A DNA stretch of 44,434 nucleotides, from positions 1 through 44,434 of the forward strand of contig JACRFK010000004.1 in the NCBI GenBank assembly GCA_016217925.1. Direction: 5' to 3'. A program made the position numbers and the translations under genes. The notes beneath the pieces are model-generated. The model made no database searches. It saw only the letters and a program-made list of their open reading frames with translations, and was not told the origin of the DNA. Below are positions 8,608 to 19,287 of this stretch, in pieces. Every line of letters begins with the position of its first letter. The stretch's first letter is position 1. Source of the stretch: Candidatus Kaiserbacteria bacterium (GTDB lineage Bacteria; Patescibacteriota; Minisyncoccia; Phycocordibacterales; UBA2100).

Positions 8608-11019
8608 TCAGTGGTTAATTAACCAATTTATATCCGCCGCCAATAATTCATATGCTTGCTGGTTAATAATACCAGTCTTTTTGACGCCGTTGAGTATGCT
8701 GAGCATGGATTTGTATATGCTGTTTTTATTACCTGGTCTTTTTTGCTGCTGCGCCAACGTAAGTAACGTGCTGAGCGACGTTTTGATGCCGGCAGATTTT
8801 ATCCATCCCAGAGAGAATGCGCGATTAATGTCGCTTTGAGTGCTGTTCGCCGTCGCTATCACCTGGATTACCCTCTCTGAAGTCGTGGCGTTATTTACGA
8901 GATCCATTGCATAGGCAGAGATCGTGTGGTTACCGAGTGTTTGAAAGAAAAGGTCGGTCGTAGAGCTTGCCGCAACGGTCGTTGTGTCAAAGGCAACACT
9001 GGATGAAGCAACTCCGGTCGCATCACTAAAGATGGCGCGTATCGGCAGCTTCTCCGAATGCGTGTAAGTCGCTGATGTAGGTTGAACAATGGTGATGGTT
9101 GGAGGAGTCTGGTCAACGGGCGCAATGGTAGTCTGATTTGGTTGGTCTGGATTCACGTCAACGCTAAGCTCGGTTATCAAATCCGGTAGCGTTTGTCCGG
9201 TAAAGAACGTTTCGCTCGAAGTTGCATTGCCGATCACTCCTGTGGCGATTGTATAAGAACCGCCGTTGCCGGTGCCCTGTGTGATGATTTTGTATACACC
9301 GTCGAGTGGATTAGGGATAGTTATGTATTCCTCATCGGTCCCAAAACCGGAGTAAAAAGCGTCGGGAATTTGATTGAACTCGTCTCCGGTGGCAAAGTTC
9401 TTCCCGACCTTCAGACCATCAGGCGCGACGACGACAATGTCAGCCGGAGAAAGGATTTGGAAGATAAGTACATTCTTCAATGTTTCTGCCAACCCGTGAT
9501 TATTGTTAACAAGCGTTGCCGCGTCGTTGCCTGTGAGTTTCTTAAATACCATACCTTCTGTCTTGGTGGGTAATTCGTTATGTTCCGAACTAGTGATTTG
9601 TAGATCGCTGATAACCAAAGCCGCGGAAGACAACGGCACAGTGCCGTCACCGGCTCCGCGCTCTAGCCCCTGATCAGTTGAACTATCGCCAAATCTCTCC
9701 GGCTTGCCGAGTCCCCACAGGGCTACAGGGTTGACGACGGTTGGTGGAACAACACGGATGGTTGTAATTGTTGTGTCATCAGCGGTCTGACCAACGAAGT
9801 TCGAAATCGTTACCCCAGAATTGTAGAGTTCAGTAACATTGTTGTTCAAATCAGAAAGGAAGAGGTTGTTGGGATACCAAGCTGAATTCGGAAACGAAGG
9901 AATGTTAGACGAGCCGACGTGTTTGATATATCCGTAGACGGGTAGTAATTCTTGGACAGAAGGGACGGGAAAGTTACGTTCGTAGTCGAATAGCTTTGAA
10001 TAACCATGTTTACGCGCTTCAATCCTGAGAAAGGTTAATAGCTGTTGATCGCCAGCGTCAGTGTCTGCTTCTCCCCCCTCCCACATCAAATAAGCTTTCG
10101 GTGCACCTAGGTGTGGCGTACCGAGGAATATTAGTTTCCGGACATCGTGCTCATAGTCATTCGACTGAATATATTGTCTTGCGACGAGACCTCCCATCGA
10201 GTGGGCTACTATATCGACTTTGTCACACCCACAAATAGTTTTGACCTCATCTATTTTCTGCTTCAAAAGAAACGCCGTTTCTCTATTGGACACGCGCCAC
10301 TCATAGGGAAACGGGAAAAGCGTTACACCCTTCTCATACCCATTCGCATCGAGAGTATCAATAAGGTTGTCATATGCATGCGTGATAGGGTCGATGAGCC
10401 ACTCCCCGTTGTGCTGAGCAGATCCGAGGATCCCAGGAATAATGACAACGGGTGTGTACGCGGTTGGAGCGCTTGCGTCGGTGACGGTAAAGCGAATGGT
10501 TTCTATGTAGTCTTCGGCAGATTGCGCATACGCGGTCTCACCAAACACAAAATGCAAAAAGGTATTGAAGGGATTCCTATTCACCTGAGATGCTCGTTCT
10601 TGGTACACGTCGAGCTCATAGACTCCCGGCTGCTCCCAGATGAACGTTTGCGCACCGGAAAATCCCCCAATCGGTCCTATGAGTTCTCTTGTTTGCGATT
10701 GCTCTTGTTTGAGTACGCGGTACAAAACACCGCTCACACTGAAAGAAACTCCGGATTCGCTGTGAGCAACGTAGACATCCTTCGAGACGTGGAGTGGAAC
10801 AGGGTACGTTCCGCCATCTTCCATAAATGTGAGTCTGGCCGAAATAAGCTCGCCTGTATTGTCATCAAATATCATGTCGCCCCACACAAGCTGCGAGGTA
10901 TCCGCATTGGATGTCCTGGGTGTCGCGAGAAGGAGGAGTGTGGCGGCCGACGCGGCCAAGAATATTGCCGTGCCGTGCATGTGAGGCGGCCAAACACTCG
11001 ACCTCGGAGCGTTTTGCAT
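8608..11019 (-). CDS. secreted alpha/beta-hydrolase (LCAT/PGAP1-like lipase or acyltransferase) with C-terminal Ig-like/helical domains
   Basis: Signal-like N-terminus, PVVIIPGILGS, FPYEWR, VAHSMGGL nucleophile elbow, LGTPHLGAP and GDGTVP. Confidence 0.85.
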   Translation of the reverse strand: MQNAPRSSVWPPHMHGTAIFLAASAATLLLLATPRTSNADTSQLVWGDMIFDDNTGELISARLTFMEDGGTYPVPLHVSKDVYVAHSESGVSFSVSGVLYRVLKQEQSQTRELIGPIGGFSGAQTFIWEQPGVYELDVYQERASQVNRNPFNTFLHFVFGETAYAQSAEDYIETIRFTVTDASAPTAYTPVVIIPGILGSAQHNGEWLIDPITHAYDNLIDTLDANGYEKGVTLFPFPYEWRVSNRETAFLLKQKIDEVKTICGCDKVDIVAHSMGGLVARQYIQSNDYEHDVRKLIFLGTPHLGAPKAYLMWEGGEADTDAGDQQLLTFLRIEARKHGYSKLFDYERNFPVPSVQELLPVYGYIKHVGSSNIPSFPNSAWYPNNLFLSDLNNNVTELYNSGVTISNFVGQTADDTTITTIRVVPPTVVNPVALWGLGKPERFGDSSTDQGLERGAGDGTVPLSSAALVISDLQITSSEHNELPTKTEGMVFKKLTGNDAATLVNNNHGLAETLKNVLIFQILSPADIVVVAPDGLKVGKNFATGDEFNQIPDAFYSGFGTDEEYITIPNPLDGVYKIITQGTGNGGSYTIATGVIGNATSSETFFTGQTLPDLITELSVDVNPDQPNQTTIAPVDQTPPTITIVQPTSATYTHSEKLPIRAIFSDATGVASSSVAFDTTTVAASSTTDLFFQTLGNHTISAYAMDLVNNATTSERVIQVIATANSTQSDINRAFSLGWIKSAGIKTSLSTLLTLAQQQKRPGNKNSIYKSMLSILNGVKKTGIINQQAYELLAADINWLINH

Positions 11020-11073
11020 ATTCGCGCAATTATCCCACGTGTTTTCGTGCCTGGGTCTCTTTTCCCCATGAGC

Positions 11074-11098
11074 AGAGCCCCGCTGTGGGCGGGGCTCT
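11074..11098. terminator. hairpin downstream of the 11119-11949 gene
   Basis: AGAGCCCCGC-TGTGG-GCGGGGCTCT. Confidence 0.55.
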
Positions 11099-11118
11099 GA
11101 AGAAAACGCTAGTAAAGG

Positions 11119-11949
11119 TTACGGATGCGAATTTACGTATGCTCGCGTCAGGGCTCCGAAGAAGCCAGACGCAGGTTTGATACCCGCGGCCTTCTGGAGC
11201 TTGATGAGCGCTGCTTTCGTCGCTCCACCGAATTTCGATGTCTCGTTGCCCGGCGAGCCTGGGCCGCTTGATGCGACAACGTAGCCGTGAGTATTGAGAT
11301 ACACCTGGAGTGCTTTCACATCAGCGCCCGTGGAGCCGACTTGCAGACTGCGGCTAAAGCCCGCGCCTGTAGCCGGTGCCACCCCACCCTGCAAGGCCTG
11401 CAGCTGTGCCACAAGAGAGGCGAGCAGAGCTTGGAGTGAAGCAATGGTCGGGGTCGCGGGTGTTGCAGGCGTAGCTGGAGTTGCTGGCGTGGCAGGCGTA
11501 GCCGGGGTTGCTGGTGTGGCCGGAGTTGCCGGAGTTGAGCCGCCTCCTCCGCCACCTCCGCCGCCACCTCCGCCGTGTCCGCCGACATCCAAATTACAAA
11601 GCGCACCGTCTGGGGTTACCGTGACAGTTAACGCTCCCGTCGCCGTGTAGGAGAGAGTGGACTGCGCGCTCGTGCAAACGTTTGATGAGTAGGTAGTCGA
11701 ATCGGGACTTAAGATATTCCGGTTGGGTGCCGTCAACGCGATAGAGGAACCGTCTGCGAGCGTGAAGCTAAAAGTGGTCGCCCCCACTGTAATCGATTCT
11801 ACAACCGCGGTTGTGCCCGAGACGTTGATTGTGATGCCGTTGACGCTAATGACCGTGTCGGTCGTCAGGCTGACGTCGTCGGCCGCGGCGAACGTAAGCG
11901 CCGGGACGAGGAACGCGACCGCCGATCCGATTGCAATTAGTTTTCTCAT
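11119..11949 (-). CDS. secreted protein with poly-Gly/(TPA)n linker and C-terminal peptidoglycan-binding domain
   Basis: Signal peptide, G-run, TPA repeats, FSRSLQVGSTGADVKALQVYLN and FGGATKAAL. Confidence 0.8.
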   Translation of the reverse strand: MRKLIAIGSAVAFLVPALTFAAADDVSLTTDTVISVNGITINVSGTTAVVESITVGATTFSFTLADGSSIALTAPNRNILSPDSTTYSSNVCTSAQSTLSYTATGALTVTVTPDGALCNLDVGGHGGGGGGGGGGGGSTPATPATPATPATPATPATPATPATPATPTIASLQALLASLVAQLQALQGGVAPATGAGFSRSLQVGSTGADVKALQVYLNTHGYVVASSGPGSPGNETSKFGGATKAALIKLQKAAGIKPASGFFGALTRAYVNSHP

Positions 11950-11990
11950 GTCATGCGGATGTTAGCTGGTAATTGAACAATCCGCGTCAG

Positions 11991-12602
11991 TTATTTGCAG
12001 ACACCAGCTTCTGTGACCAACGCTCCCGCGCCACTGATGTAGATCCTGTAGTTGACTCCAGCGGGACCTTCCAGCTGAATACACGTGCCCCCGGGCGCAG
12101 CTTTGCTCGTGGAGAGCTGGAGGGTGGTCGTCGCCGTGCCCTCTATTACTGCTTCTGCAACTGCGATCTGCGACGGGGTCGTCGAACCAACAGCGAGGTG
12201 AGTGATCGTGGTAGATGCAAGAGTCGAAGTTGCCGAGACGGAGATCGTGCTACCAGTCGAGAAGGCGCCCGCAGCTGTGGTGGTCGCGTTACCGCCTACC
12301 CACAAGGCCCCTGCCACAGAGACCGCCCCAGTGGTCGAGGCCGTAACGAGCGAGGTATTGCCGACAGCGCTGAGTACACCAGCTGCAGAAAACGTCGATG
12401 TTGCCGTTCCGCCAAAGTACGAGATACCGGTCGCGGAGAATAGTGTAGTTGACGCGGTCCCGCTGACTGTTAAGTTCCCGCCAGTCGAGATGTTCGTGCT
12501 AATAGTCGTCGCGGCACCTACGGTACCGACGACGAGGAAGACGCCGGCAATAACCGAGATCGCCATTGTAACTGCCTGGTCCAAAGTGAACGTTCTTTTC
12601 AT
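11991..12602 (-). CDS. secreted Thr/Ser/Gly-rich surface protein
   Basis: N-terminal hydrophobic segment ending VGA|ATTISTNISTGG and beta-rich repeats. Start set at MKRTF. Confidence 0.7.
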   Translation of the reverse strand: MKRTFTLDQAVTMAISVIAGVFLVVGTVGAATTISTNISTGGNLTVSGTASTTLFSATGISYFGGTATSTFSAAGVLSAVGNTSLVTASTTGAVSVAGALWVGGNATTTAAGAFSTGSTISVSATSTLASTTITHLAVGSTTPSQIAVAEAVIEGTATTTLQLSTSKAAPGGTCIQLEGPAGVNYRIYISGAGALVTEAGVCK

Positions 12603-12796
12603 AATTTGACTTAAAAATAATAATTGCCTACTAATACAGCGAGTTCGACGCTCGTTGTGTAAAACCAAACTGACAAGATTGACGAGGCCCTCATGGGACA
12701 CTCGTATCCATAATCCTACACCTCGTAATTGGATTGCCTTGTGAAGACACCCACAAGAAGTGGATAACTAGGTCCTGGAGGTTTGCCGGTCCAGGC

Positions 12797-15016
12797 CTAT
12801 GCACCGAGACTTTTGAGGAATACGGGGTCTGTTTCGACCAGCCCGGGAGACTTTAACCTCAATTCTTGAACTATTTCGACCGCTCGGTCACGGTTCCCCG
12901 TCAGGAACTCAGCTTTCGCAAGATCGTAGAGCACGGGATAGTCCATAGGGTTGTCCGTTACAATGTCCGTTAGGAAACGCCGCACATTCGGCCAATCTTC
13001 CGCGGCAATGTAGTAGCGAAGGGCTTTGCGAGCGACGTCCGTCCCCCCTCTATAAAGTGGCAGGCCTTCGTCAGCCCACTTTTTGGCAGACACCTTGTCC
13101 CCTACGACGAAATAAAGCGAGGCGATAATGAAGCGCGGCTCGGCAAGGCCGGGTACTTTCGCCGCATACTCTTCGAGCGGGACGAACGCCTCACGATAAT
13201 ACTGCTCCCGTTCTGCCGCTGACTTTGCCTGATCTCCTTTCCGAAGCGCTATGTTGCTCAAAAGGTACCAAGGTTGCGCGCGCTTGGGAGAGAGCAGGGT
13301 GGCGCGGGCGAGGACCGCACGGAGCGTCGCTTCGTCGACAGCCTCTTCTGGAGGGGCGGAATCGAGCACATGGGCAAGGTACACGGCCGTACGCGCGTCA
13401 TACGGGTACCGCTCGTAGTTCGAGGTGAGCGTCTGAAGCGCGTACCGATAGGCAGCGACACGCTGTGCCCCAGCTAGCATCGTCTGCTGATTATCCGTAT
13501 ACATGGTGTATGCCTGATAGCCATACTCTATGTCGGCATATGTATTGAGGGAGAGACCGCGCTGAAAGTCAGATATAGCACGGTCCACATCCGTCACATG
13601 ATAGGTATACCCGTCTGCAAGTAATAGGTTGGCCCGCAAAGGCTGAATGACAATGGGATACAAAAGGACGACTATCACGCCCGCGACACCGTACGAGAGT
13701 AGTCGGGGAGCTTGCATGCGCATGACAGAAGGAGTTTCTTTGTTCGCAGGATCTTGCGCACTTTCGTACGCAAGCGCGGCAGCGAGCGCCGCGAGTAAGA
13801 ACCACAGCGTCACCGCCGTATCAAAGACGAAGAAATTCTGTATCGCGTACGTGCCTGAAAGAAGTAGCAGGAACACACCGAGTGGTTCTTTGCGGCGGAA
13901 TAGAGTGGCTCCCACGTATCCGAGCGATGCGATCAGCCCCGTATAAAGCAGCGTGCCGAGTATGCCGAACTGCACGAAGTAATCGAGGAATGCATTGTGC
14001 GAGCGATCGAACCACTGCTCGAGGATCGCGCCTGGGTCGTAGACGCGATCGAATATCCCTGCTATGTGTTCCGCGCCATAGCCGGTAAGCGGACGTTTCA
14101 TCGCCTCCCCGAAGACATGCTGCCAAATGAAGAGCCGGCTTGATACGGTCGCGTCAGAGAGCGAGATGGAGGCAATGCGGCGTACCGGCTCAAATGGTGC
14201 GTGTCTCAACTGCTCGCGGAACGAGAAAAACAAACCGGCGAATAAGAGAAGCCCCGCAAGACCAACGCGCGCGCTTGTCCGTGTACGTTGTTCCCCTTTC
14301 CATGCAAGGTATAACAGCGTAAGAAAACCAACGACAAAAAGTGCGAGCAGCGTGCCGCGCGTTGCGGCGAGGACGATCGCAACAAACTGGAGCGCGGCAC
14401 CGACGTAATATACCTTGCGCCAAGATCCACGTGACTCTCCCGCGATAGCGAGCGTCGCCCACACCGCCATACCGAGGTATCCGGCGAGAAATGCCGCGTT
14501 GCCAAGTGTGCCACCGAGGCGTCCCCGCGCCTCCGCTACGAGTGTGAAATTAATCCCCGAAATCTCACTCAACCACTGTACGAGGACGTACGCTGAAACG
14601 GCGGTCGCTACCCACGCGACGAGCTTGAAAAGTTGCCACAAGAATTTCCTGTCCGCAGAAAGCAGGACGCTATAGAAAAAGAGAACGGCTATCGTAAGTG
14701 TCAGCAAGCCATCGCCTCGGTCATATACGGACCAAAAACTATGGTAAAAATCTATGCCAATGAGGGATGTTGCGTATGCGACGAAAAGCAGGGCCGCGGG
14801 GAGCCAAGCCAATTTGTTTCGCAGCCTACTCCAATAAAACTCGTGTCCAGAGAGTGCGAGGTACGCGAATGCTGCAAGCGCTATAATGCCGAGTCCGCGA
14901 AAGAGCAACGTCTTCGGAGCGATGAACGGATACAGAAGTCCGTTGATATACACGAGCGAAAGCAGCGCGGGCGCGAGGAGGAGCCAAGTGAACGACCGCG
15001 CCATGTACTTCCCCAT
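12797..15016 (-). CDS. O-antigen ligase family (Wzy_C) membrane protein with TPR-like C-terminus
   Basis: Many TM segments, GTLGNAAFLAGY, TRG, R..IW, GYGAE and RSHN..LD. Start uncertain (15016 or 15004). Confidence 0.85.
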   Translation of the reverse strand: MGKYMARSFTWLLLAPALLSLVYINGLLYPFIAPKTLLFRGLGIIALAAFAYLALSGHEFYWSRLRNKLAWLPAALLFVAYATSLIGIDFYHSFWSVYDRGDGLLTLTIAVLFFYSVLLSADRKFLWQLFKLVAWVATAVSAYVLVQWLSEISGINFTLVAEARGRLGGTLGNAAFLAGYLGMAVWATLAIAGESRGSWRKVYYVGAALQFVAIVLAATRGTLLALFVVGFLTLLYLAWKGEQRTRTSARVGLAGLLLFAGLFFSFREQLRHAPFEPVRRIASISLSDATVSSRLFIWQHVFGEAMKRPLTGYGAEHIAGIFDRVYDPGAILEQWFDRSHNAFLDYFVQFGILGTLLYTGLIASLGYVGATLFRRKEPLGVFLLLLSGTYAIQNFFVFDTAVTLWFLLAALAAALAYESAQDPANKETPSVMRMQAPRLLSYGVAGVIVVLLYPIVIQPLRANLLLADGYTYHVTDVDRAISDFQRGLSLNTYADIEYGYQAYTMYTDNQQTMLAGAQRVAAYRYALQTLTSNYERYPYDARTAVYLAHVLDSAPPEEAVDEATLRAVLARATLLSPKRAQPWYLLSNIALRKGDQAKSAAEREQYYREAFVPLEEYAAKVPGLAEPRFIIASLYFVVGDKVSAKKWADEGLPLYRGGTDVARKALRYYIAAEDWPNVRRFLTDIVTDNPMDYPVLYDLAKAEFLTGNRDRAVEIVQELRLKSPGLVETDPVFLKSLGA

Positions 15017-15029
15017 ACGAGTATGCGCG

Positions 15030-15722
15030 TTACTCCACTGAGGCAGCGAGGTCGGCTTCGGCTTGCTGTATCGCATCGGTGTCCTCAGGCATGTGTGCCT
15101 TGAGGAACTCAAGACGCGCGCGAATGTATTGCGAGGTCGTCTGCGCAGCGATCATGCGGTCGTATGCGACTCGCGCGCTCTTGTAGGCGCCGAGTCGTTC
15201 GAGCAGCTTTCCCATGTTGTGCCACGCAAGCCCGGTCTTCGTAGAATCTATCGCGAGCGCATAATTCAGATAGGTGAATTCTTTTCCACCATCGCCGAGC
15301 AGTTCATATTGATTGGCGATGCTCACGTAGAGCTCGTAGTTGGTGTGCGCTCCGGAATTGATAAGACCTTTCAATCGAGTTATATCCGCGCGCACGCTCG
15401 CCTCAAGCTGTCCGCTGTCTTTATGTGTACCTGCAAAATCCCATGAGGCTACAACGTCTCCCGGCACAAGGGAAAATACCGATGGAAACGCTACGGGCGG
15501 TGTCGCTTTCTGTTTTGTAATGGGAGAGGTCTGTGAAGTGGAGCTGGAAGGGGTCGCGGTTGTCTCTGCCGAGGAAGTTGAGGCCGTTCCCGGTAGAGGC
15601 AGGGACGGTGAGGCACTCTCCTTCGCCCCCAATGTCCCAATAACACCGATGGCGATAAGCACGGCAATACCTGCATAGATTCCATACTCTCTCTTCACCC
15701 CGTTAGAAGCTTCATTCATCAT
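15030..15722 (-). CDS. membrane-anchored protein with TPR-like C-terminus
   Basis: N-terminal TM, S/T-rich linker, AWHNMGKLLERLG TPR-like motif. The start region overlaps TIR copy 3. Confidence 0.7.
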   Translation of the reverse strand: MMNEASNGVKREYGIYAGIAVLIAIGVIGTLGAKESASPSLPLPGTASTSSAETTATPSSSTSQTSPITKQKATPPVAFPSVFSLVPGDVVASWDFAGTHKDSGQLEASVRADITRLKGLINSGAHTNYELYVSIANQYELLGDGGKEFTYLNYALAIDSTKTGLAWHNMGKLLERLGAYKSARVAYDRMIAAQTTSQYIRARLEFLKAHMPEDTDAIQQAEADLAASVE

Positions 15723-15790
15723 AAGAAATATTTATTGTGAGTAACTAAAGAAGTTGCGGCGTGATAATCTCCAGCTGGCTTCTAACGGGG
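15698..15790. mobile_element. MITE-like TIR element, copy 3 (93 bp)
   Basis: CCCCGTTAGAAGC / GCTTCTAACGGGG; TTCA on both flanks. Confidence 0.72.
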
Positions 15791-15810
15791 TTCATATGCG
15801 AAAGAGTGTA

Positions 15811-15870
15811 CCCCATTAGATAACCAAGGTCGAGCTCGTCGTGACAAGCATAAATTTCTACCTCACGGGG
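15811..15870. mobile_element. degenerate TIR element, copy 4 (60 bp)
   Basis: CCCCATTAGA / CCTCACGGGG; TGTA on both flanks. Confidence 0.5.
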
Positions 15871-15942
15871 TGTACTCCATGAGATACCTACAGTCGAGCG
15901 TGACTGTCTACAAAGCGCGTTGCGCTATATACTCATCGGTAT

Positions 15943-16389
15943 ATGACGGAAGCCGACCTCGTCACTGCACCCGACTCCGAGACAAGCCCGTCTTTATTGG
16001 CGATCGGGTCTTCCAGTACGCGTGAATTCATCCGTTATTTTGCCGCATCATGTGTCGCTCTCGCCGTGGATTTCTCCGCGCTCGCATATCTTACGAGCGT
16101 GGTACGCATCGAGTATCTCGTCTCCGCTGCGATCGCATTTTTGCTTGGGCTGGCCAGTATCTATATACTCTCCGTTCTATGGGTATTCGAACGACGGAAC
16201 GCACGGGAGCCACTCGTTGAATTTTTTGTTTTCGCAGCTATAGGGGTTGTTGGTCTTTTCCTCAACGAGGCCGTTTTGTGGCTTTTCACCGGAGTGTTCG
16301 GCATATTCTACCTCGTATCAAAGTGCCTGAGTGTCGTCCTCGTTTTCATGTGGAATTACATCGCACGAAAGTTTCTCCTCTTCCGCTAG
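15943..16389 (+). CDS. GtrA family flippase-like protein
   Basis: EFIRYF..S..AL.VD, YVLS..WVF and WNYIARK.LLF pattern. Confidence 0.88.
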   Translation: MTEADLVTAPDSETSPSLLAIGSSSTREFIRYFAASCVALAVDFSALAYLTSVVRIEYLVSAAIAFLLGLASIYILSVLWVFERRNAREPLVEFFVFAAIGVVGLFLNEAVLWLFTGVFGIFYLVSKCLSVVLVFMWNYIARKFLLFR

Positions 16390-16390
16390 T

Positions 16391-17938
16391 ATGCAGCGCG
16401 AAAAGACAGCGGTCATTATCGGCGCTGGACCGGCTGGGTTGACGGCCGCGTACGAACTTCTTTCCCAAGCACAGATGCGTGTCGTCGTGATAGAACGCGA
16501 CCCGCGATACGTCGGCGGCATATCCCGGACCGTTAATTTCAAAGGCAATCGAATCGATATCGGCGGTCACCGCTTCTTTTCAAAATCGGATCGAGTGATG
16601 CGTTGGTGGTCCGAATTCTTGCCCGTAAGCGCACCAGGAGATACGGGCATAACGTATCAACGCACCACGCGCGCGCTCACGAAAGGTATGAAAGTGGCAA
16701 CAGATGCGGACGGCGACAATATTCTCCATGTACGACCGCGAAAGACGCGCATCTTGTACAACGGAAGATTCTTCGATTACCCTATCGGCCTTTCCCTCTT
16801 GACCCTGCGCACACTGGGTGCGCAAAAGGTGCTGCGTGTCGCCGGCACGTACCTCGCGGCGGTATTTTTCCCTATACGGCCTGAAAAGACGCTTGAGGAT
16901 TTCTTTCTGAACCGTTTCGGACGGGAGATGTATGAGACATTTTTCAAGACATACACTGAAAAGGTGTGGGGGGTTCCATGCCGCGAACTCTCGGCACAGT
17001 GGGGTGCACAGCGGATAAAAGGCCTATCCGTCGTCTCAACGATTTCGCATGCCATCCGGAAAGTTGCCGGCGGCACACTGAGTGGCAAGGGCGTTGAAAC
17101 TTCCCTTATCGAGCAATTTCTGTACCCGACGTATGGGCCCGGCCACCTGTGGGAGCGTGTCGCCGAGAACGTGAGCGCGATGGGCGGTGATATCCGGATG
17201 GGAAGTGATGTAACGGCAATAGACATGTCCGGAGGGCGCATAACGGGTATTACCCTGCGGGACGCGCACGGCGAAACCACAATACAGTGCGACTACCTCC
17301 TATCGACGACGGACGTAAAATGTCTTGTCGAGATGTTGCCGCATGTGCCGGCCACGGTACGGAATGTCGCTGAAAAGCTTCAGTACCGCGATTTTATCAC
17401 CGTCGGTCTCTTGCTGGAGAAGATACCCCTCGAAAAAGATGGGACACCGATCACTGATACTTGGATGTACATACATGAAAACAGTGTAAAGGCCGGCCGG
17501 GTACAGTTCTTCCATAACTGGGAACCGCACCTCGTCGCAAAACCGGGTCGTGGATGGATCGGTTTGGAATATTTTTGCAATGAAGGCGACACGCTCTCAG
17601 AACGAAGCGATGTGGAACTTATTTCACTTGCGTCTGAAGAACTGCAAACCATCGGTCTCCGGCAAGGCATTAAAGTCCTCGACGGGACTGTGATCCGCCA
17701 GTCGAAGGCGTATCCCGGCTACTTCGGTGCGTACGAACAATTTCCCGAGGTTCAAAAATACCTTGATTCTATACCGAATATTTTTCCCATCGGCCGGAAC
17801 GGCATGCATCGCTACAACAACCAGGACCATTCAATGCTCACCGCAATGGAGTCAGTGGACATGATCGTGCAGGGTCGTTCCGAGAAATCCGCTTTGTGGA
17901 ATATCAATGCTGAGGAGGAATACCACGAATCAAAGTAG
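16391..17938 (+). CDS. FAD-dependent oxidoreductase (UDP-galactopyranose mutase/protoporphyrinogen oxidase-like superfamily)
   Basis: [23 protein letters not shown] and [15 protein letters not shown]. Confidence 0.88.
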   Translation: MQREKTAVIIGAGPAGLTAAYELLSQAQMRVVVIERDPRYVGGISRTVNFKGNRIDIGGHRFFSKSDRVMRWWSEFLPVSAPGDTGITYQRTTRALTKGMKVATDADGDNILHVRPRKTRILYNGRFFDYPIGLSLLTLRTLGAQKVLRVAGTYLAAVFFPIRPEKTLEDFFLNRFGREMYETFFKTYTEKVWGVPCRELSAQWGAQRIKGLSVVSTISHAIRKVAGGTLSGKGVETSLIEQFLYPTYGPGHLWERVAENVSAMGGDIRMGSDVTAIDMSGGRITGITLRDAHGETTIQCDYLLSTTDVKCLVEMLPHVPATVRNVAEKLQYRDFITVGLLLEKIPLEKDGTPITDTWMYIHENSVKAGRVQFFHNWEPHLVAKPGRGWIGLEYFCNEGDTLSERSDVELISLASEELQTIGLRQGIKVLDGTVIRQSKAYPGYFGAYEQFPEVQKYLDSIPNIFPIGRNGMHRYNNQDHSMLTAMESVDMIVQGRSEKSALWNINAEEEYHESK

Positions 17939-17973
17939 GCCGGATCACCCCGATACTTTTCCCCGCACGATTT

Positions 17974-19113
17974 CTAAAGAATGATCTCCCTGGTGTCCGC
18001 GTTGAGAAAAATGACAAGTCGTACGACAGTGACCAACATAATGAAGCATATCAGAGCCCATTCGTAACGGCGCTCCGTTAGCCAATGTGCCCACGAAAGC
18101 GGCCGGTACTGACGCGCAAGGATGAAGAGCCAAAGAGGCAACAGGATGTCCCATGCGAGGTAGAACGGCATAAAATAGCGGATCGGGTGGAACGCGAGCG
18201 GGGCGAGAAGTGCCGTGAACAGAGCCGTCGCCCCCAAAAACCAGAAGTACACATCGAGCGGTACGCGTGCCTCACTGTCTCCAGGCCGGAAGAATTGCCT
18301 GCACACCACGATAAGCGAGACGGCTACCGAGAGAATGGCGAACGGGAACGTGAGCAGGAACGGAATGAGGATTTCTATGCCGACCAACGCTTTATTCGCA
18401 AACATCTGCTCCGGGATGCTGCTGAGGTACGCAACAGGGTCTGTCCACATATACGGGTCGAGCGCAAAAAGTGTGAGCATGGTCGTGAGGAAGAGGACTA
18501 AAACGCGTTGCCTGAACATGTACACTAAAAATGGAAGAGAGGTGGCGAGAAGGAACGCGCCGGTATCGACGCGTGTGGCAAGCAAGAACCCCGAACATAT
18601 ACCCAGATAGAGCATCGGTTTGTAGCCGCCGAGGTGTCGTGTTTTCCCCGCATACAACAGCAAAAGGACGAATACAACGGTCAGAAGAGCGGCCGCAGTT
18701 GAGGGTGGTGTGCCGTGGAGAAGCCGCAAGTCCGGCACGAGTATGAGAGCGGTTGCAAGCCACCATAGACTCTGCGGCCGAAGGATATACGCAAGAGCCG
18801 AGACAATCGCTATACAAATAGCGGCAAACTCGGCCATAACAATGCGCACTGCCGTTCTCGGATTTGCACCCTCGTATATCAACCCGGCCATCGGGTAGAT
18901 AATCGTCGTTCCCGGATGCACATACGTCACATCTTCTGATGTAAGTGGAGTGCCGACAGCTATTTTTGCGGCGTCAGTTGCCCACCAATTCTCATCTGCT
19001 ACAGGAAACGTCAACCAAAACACTATCTGAACAGCAAGTCCGACTCCAAGAACGGCGAAAAAAACTAGAGCGGTACGGGAGGTGGAAAGTACGTGTGTAG
19101 AAACATTCTCCAT
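17974..19113 (-). CDS. multi-pass membrane glycosyltransferase (GT-C fold-like)
   Basis: Many TM segments, early DE motif, YVHPG and RYFMP. Start set at MENV. Confidence 0.65.
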   Translation of the reverse strand: MENVSTHVLSTSRTALVFFAVLGVGLAVQIVFWLTFPVADENWWATDAAKIAVGTPLTSEDVTYVHPGTTIIYPMAGLIYEGANPRTAVRIVMAEFAAICIAIVSALAYILRPQSLWWLATALILVPDLRLLHGTPPSTAAALLTVVFVLLLLYAGKTRHLGGYKPMLYLGICSGFLLATRVDTGAFLLATSLPFLVYMFRQRVLVLFLTTMLTLFALDPYMWTDPVAYLSSIPEQMFANKALVGIEILIPFLLTFPFAILSVAVSLIVVCRQFFRPGDSEARVPLDVYFWFLGATALFTALLAPLAFHPIRYFMPFYLAWDILLPLWLFILARQYRPLSWAHWLTERRYEWALICFIMLVTVVRLVIFLNADTREIIL

Positions 19114-19186
19114 AGTATGACGTCTCACGTTACCTTGAACGTTAGACATTCTAACATAGTTACTTTGGCCGGAACGTCTTGCCTTC

Positions 19187-19220
19187 AAACCAAAACCGCC
19201 CTTGCGGGCGGTTTTGGTTT
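19187..19220. terminator. terminator of the S-layer-like gene
   Basis: 15-bp perfect stem AAACCAAAACCGCCC-TTGC-GGGCGGTTTTGGTTT. Confidence 0.75.
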
Positions 19221-19287
19221 TTGTTGCCGGATCGTTCTCCTCCGGCCGGAGGACGAGCAACGAGTGTTGCTCTTCGATAAGCGCCGC

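Noticed and set aside
11452-11532. Tandem repeat as CRISPR or VNTR
   Set aside because: 9-bp coding period with no spacers and no cas genes; it encodes TPA repeats.
19141-19155. GTTAGACATTCTAAC as another TIR-family copy
   Set aside because: Lacks the CCCC/GGGG ends and any flanking duplication; too short to distinguish from chance.
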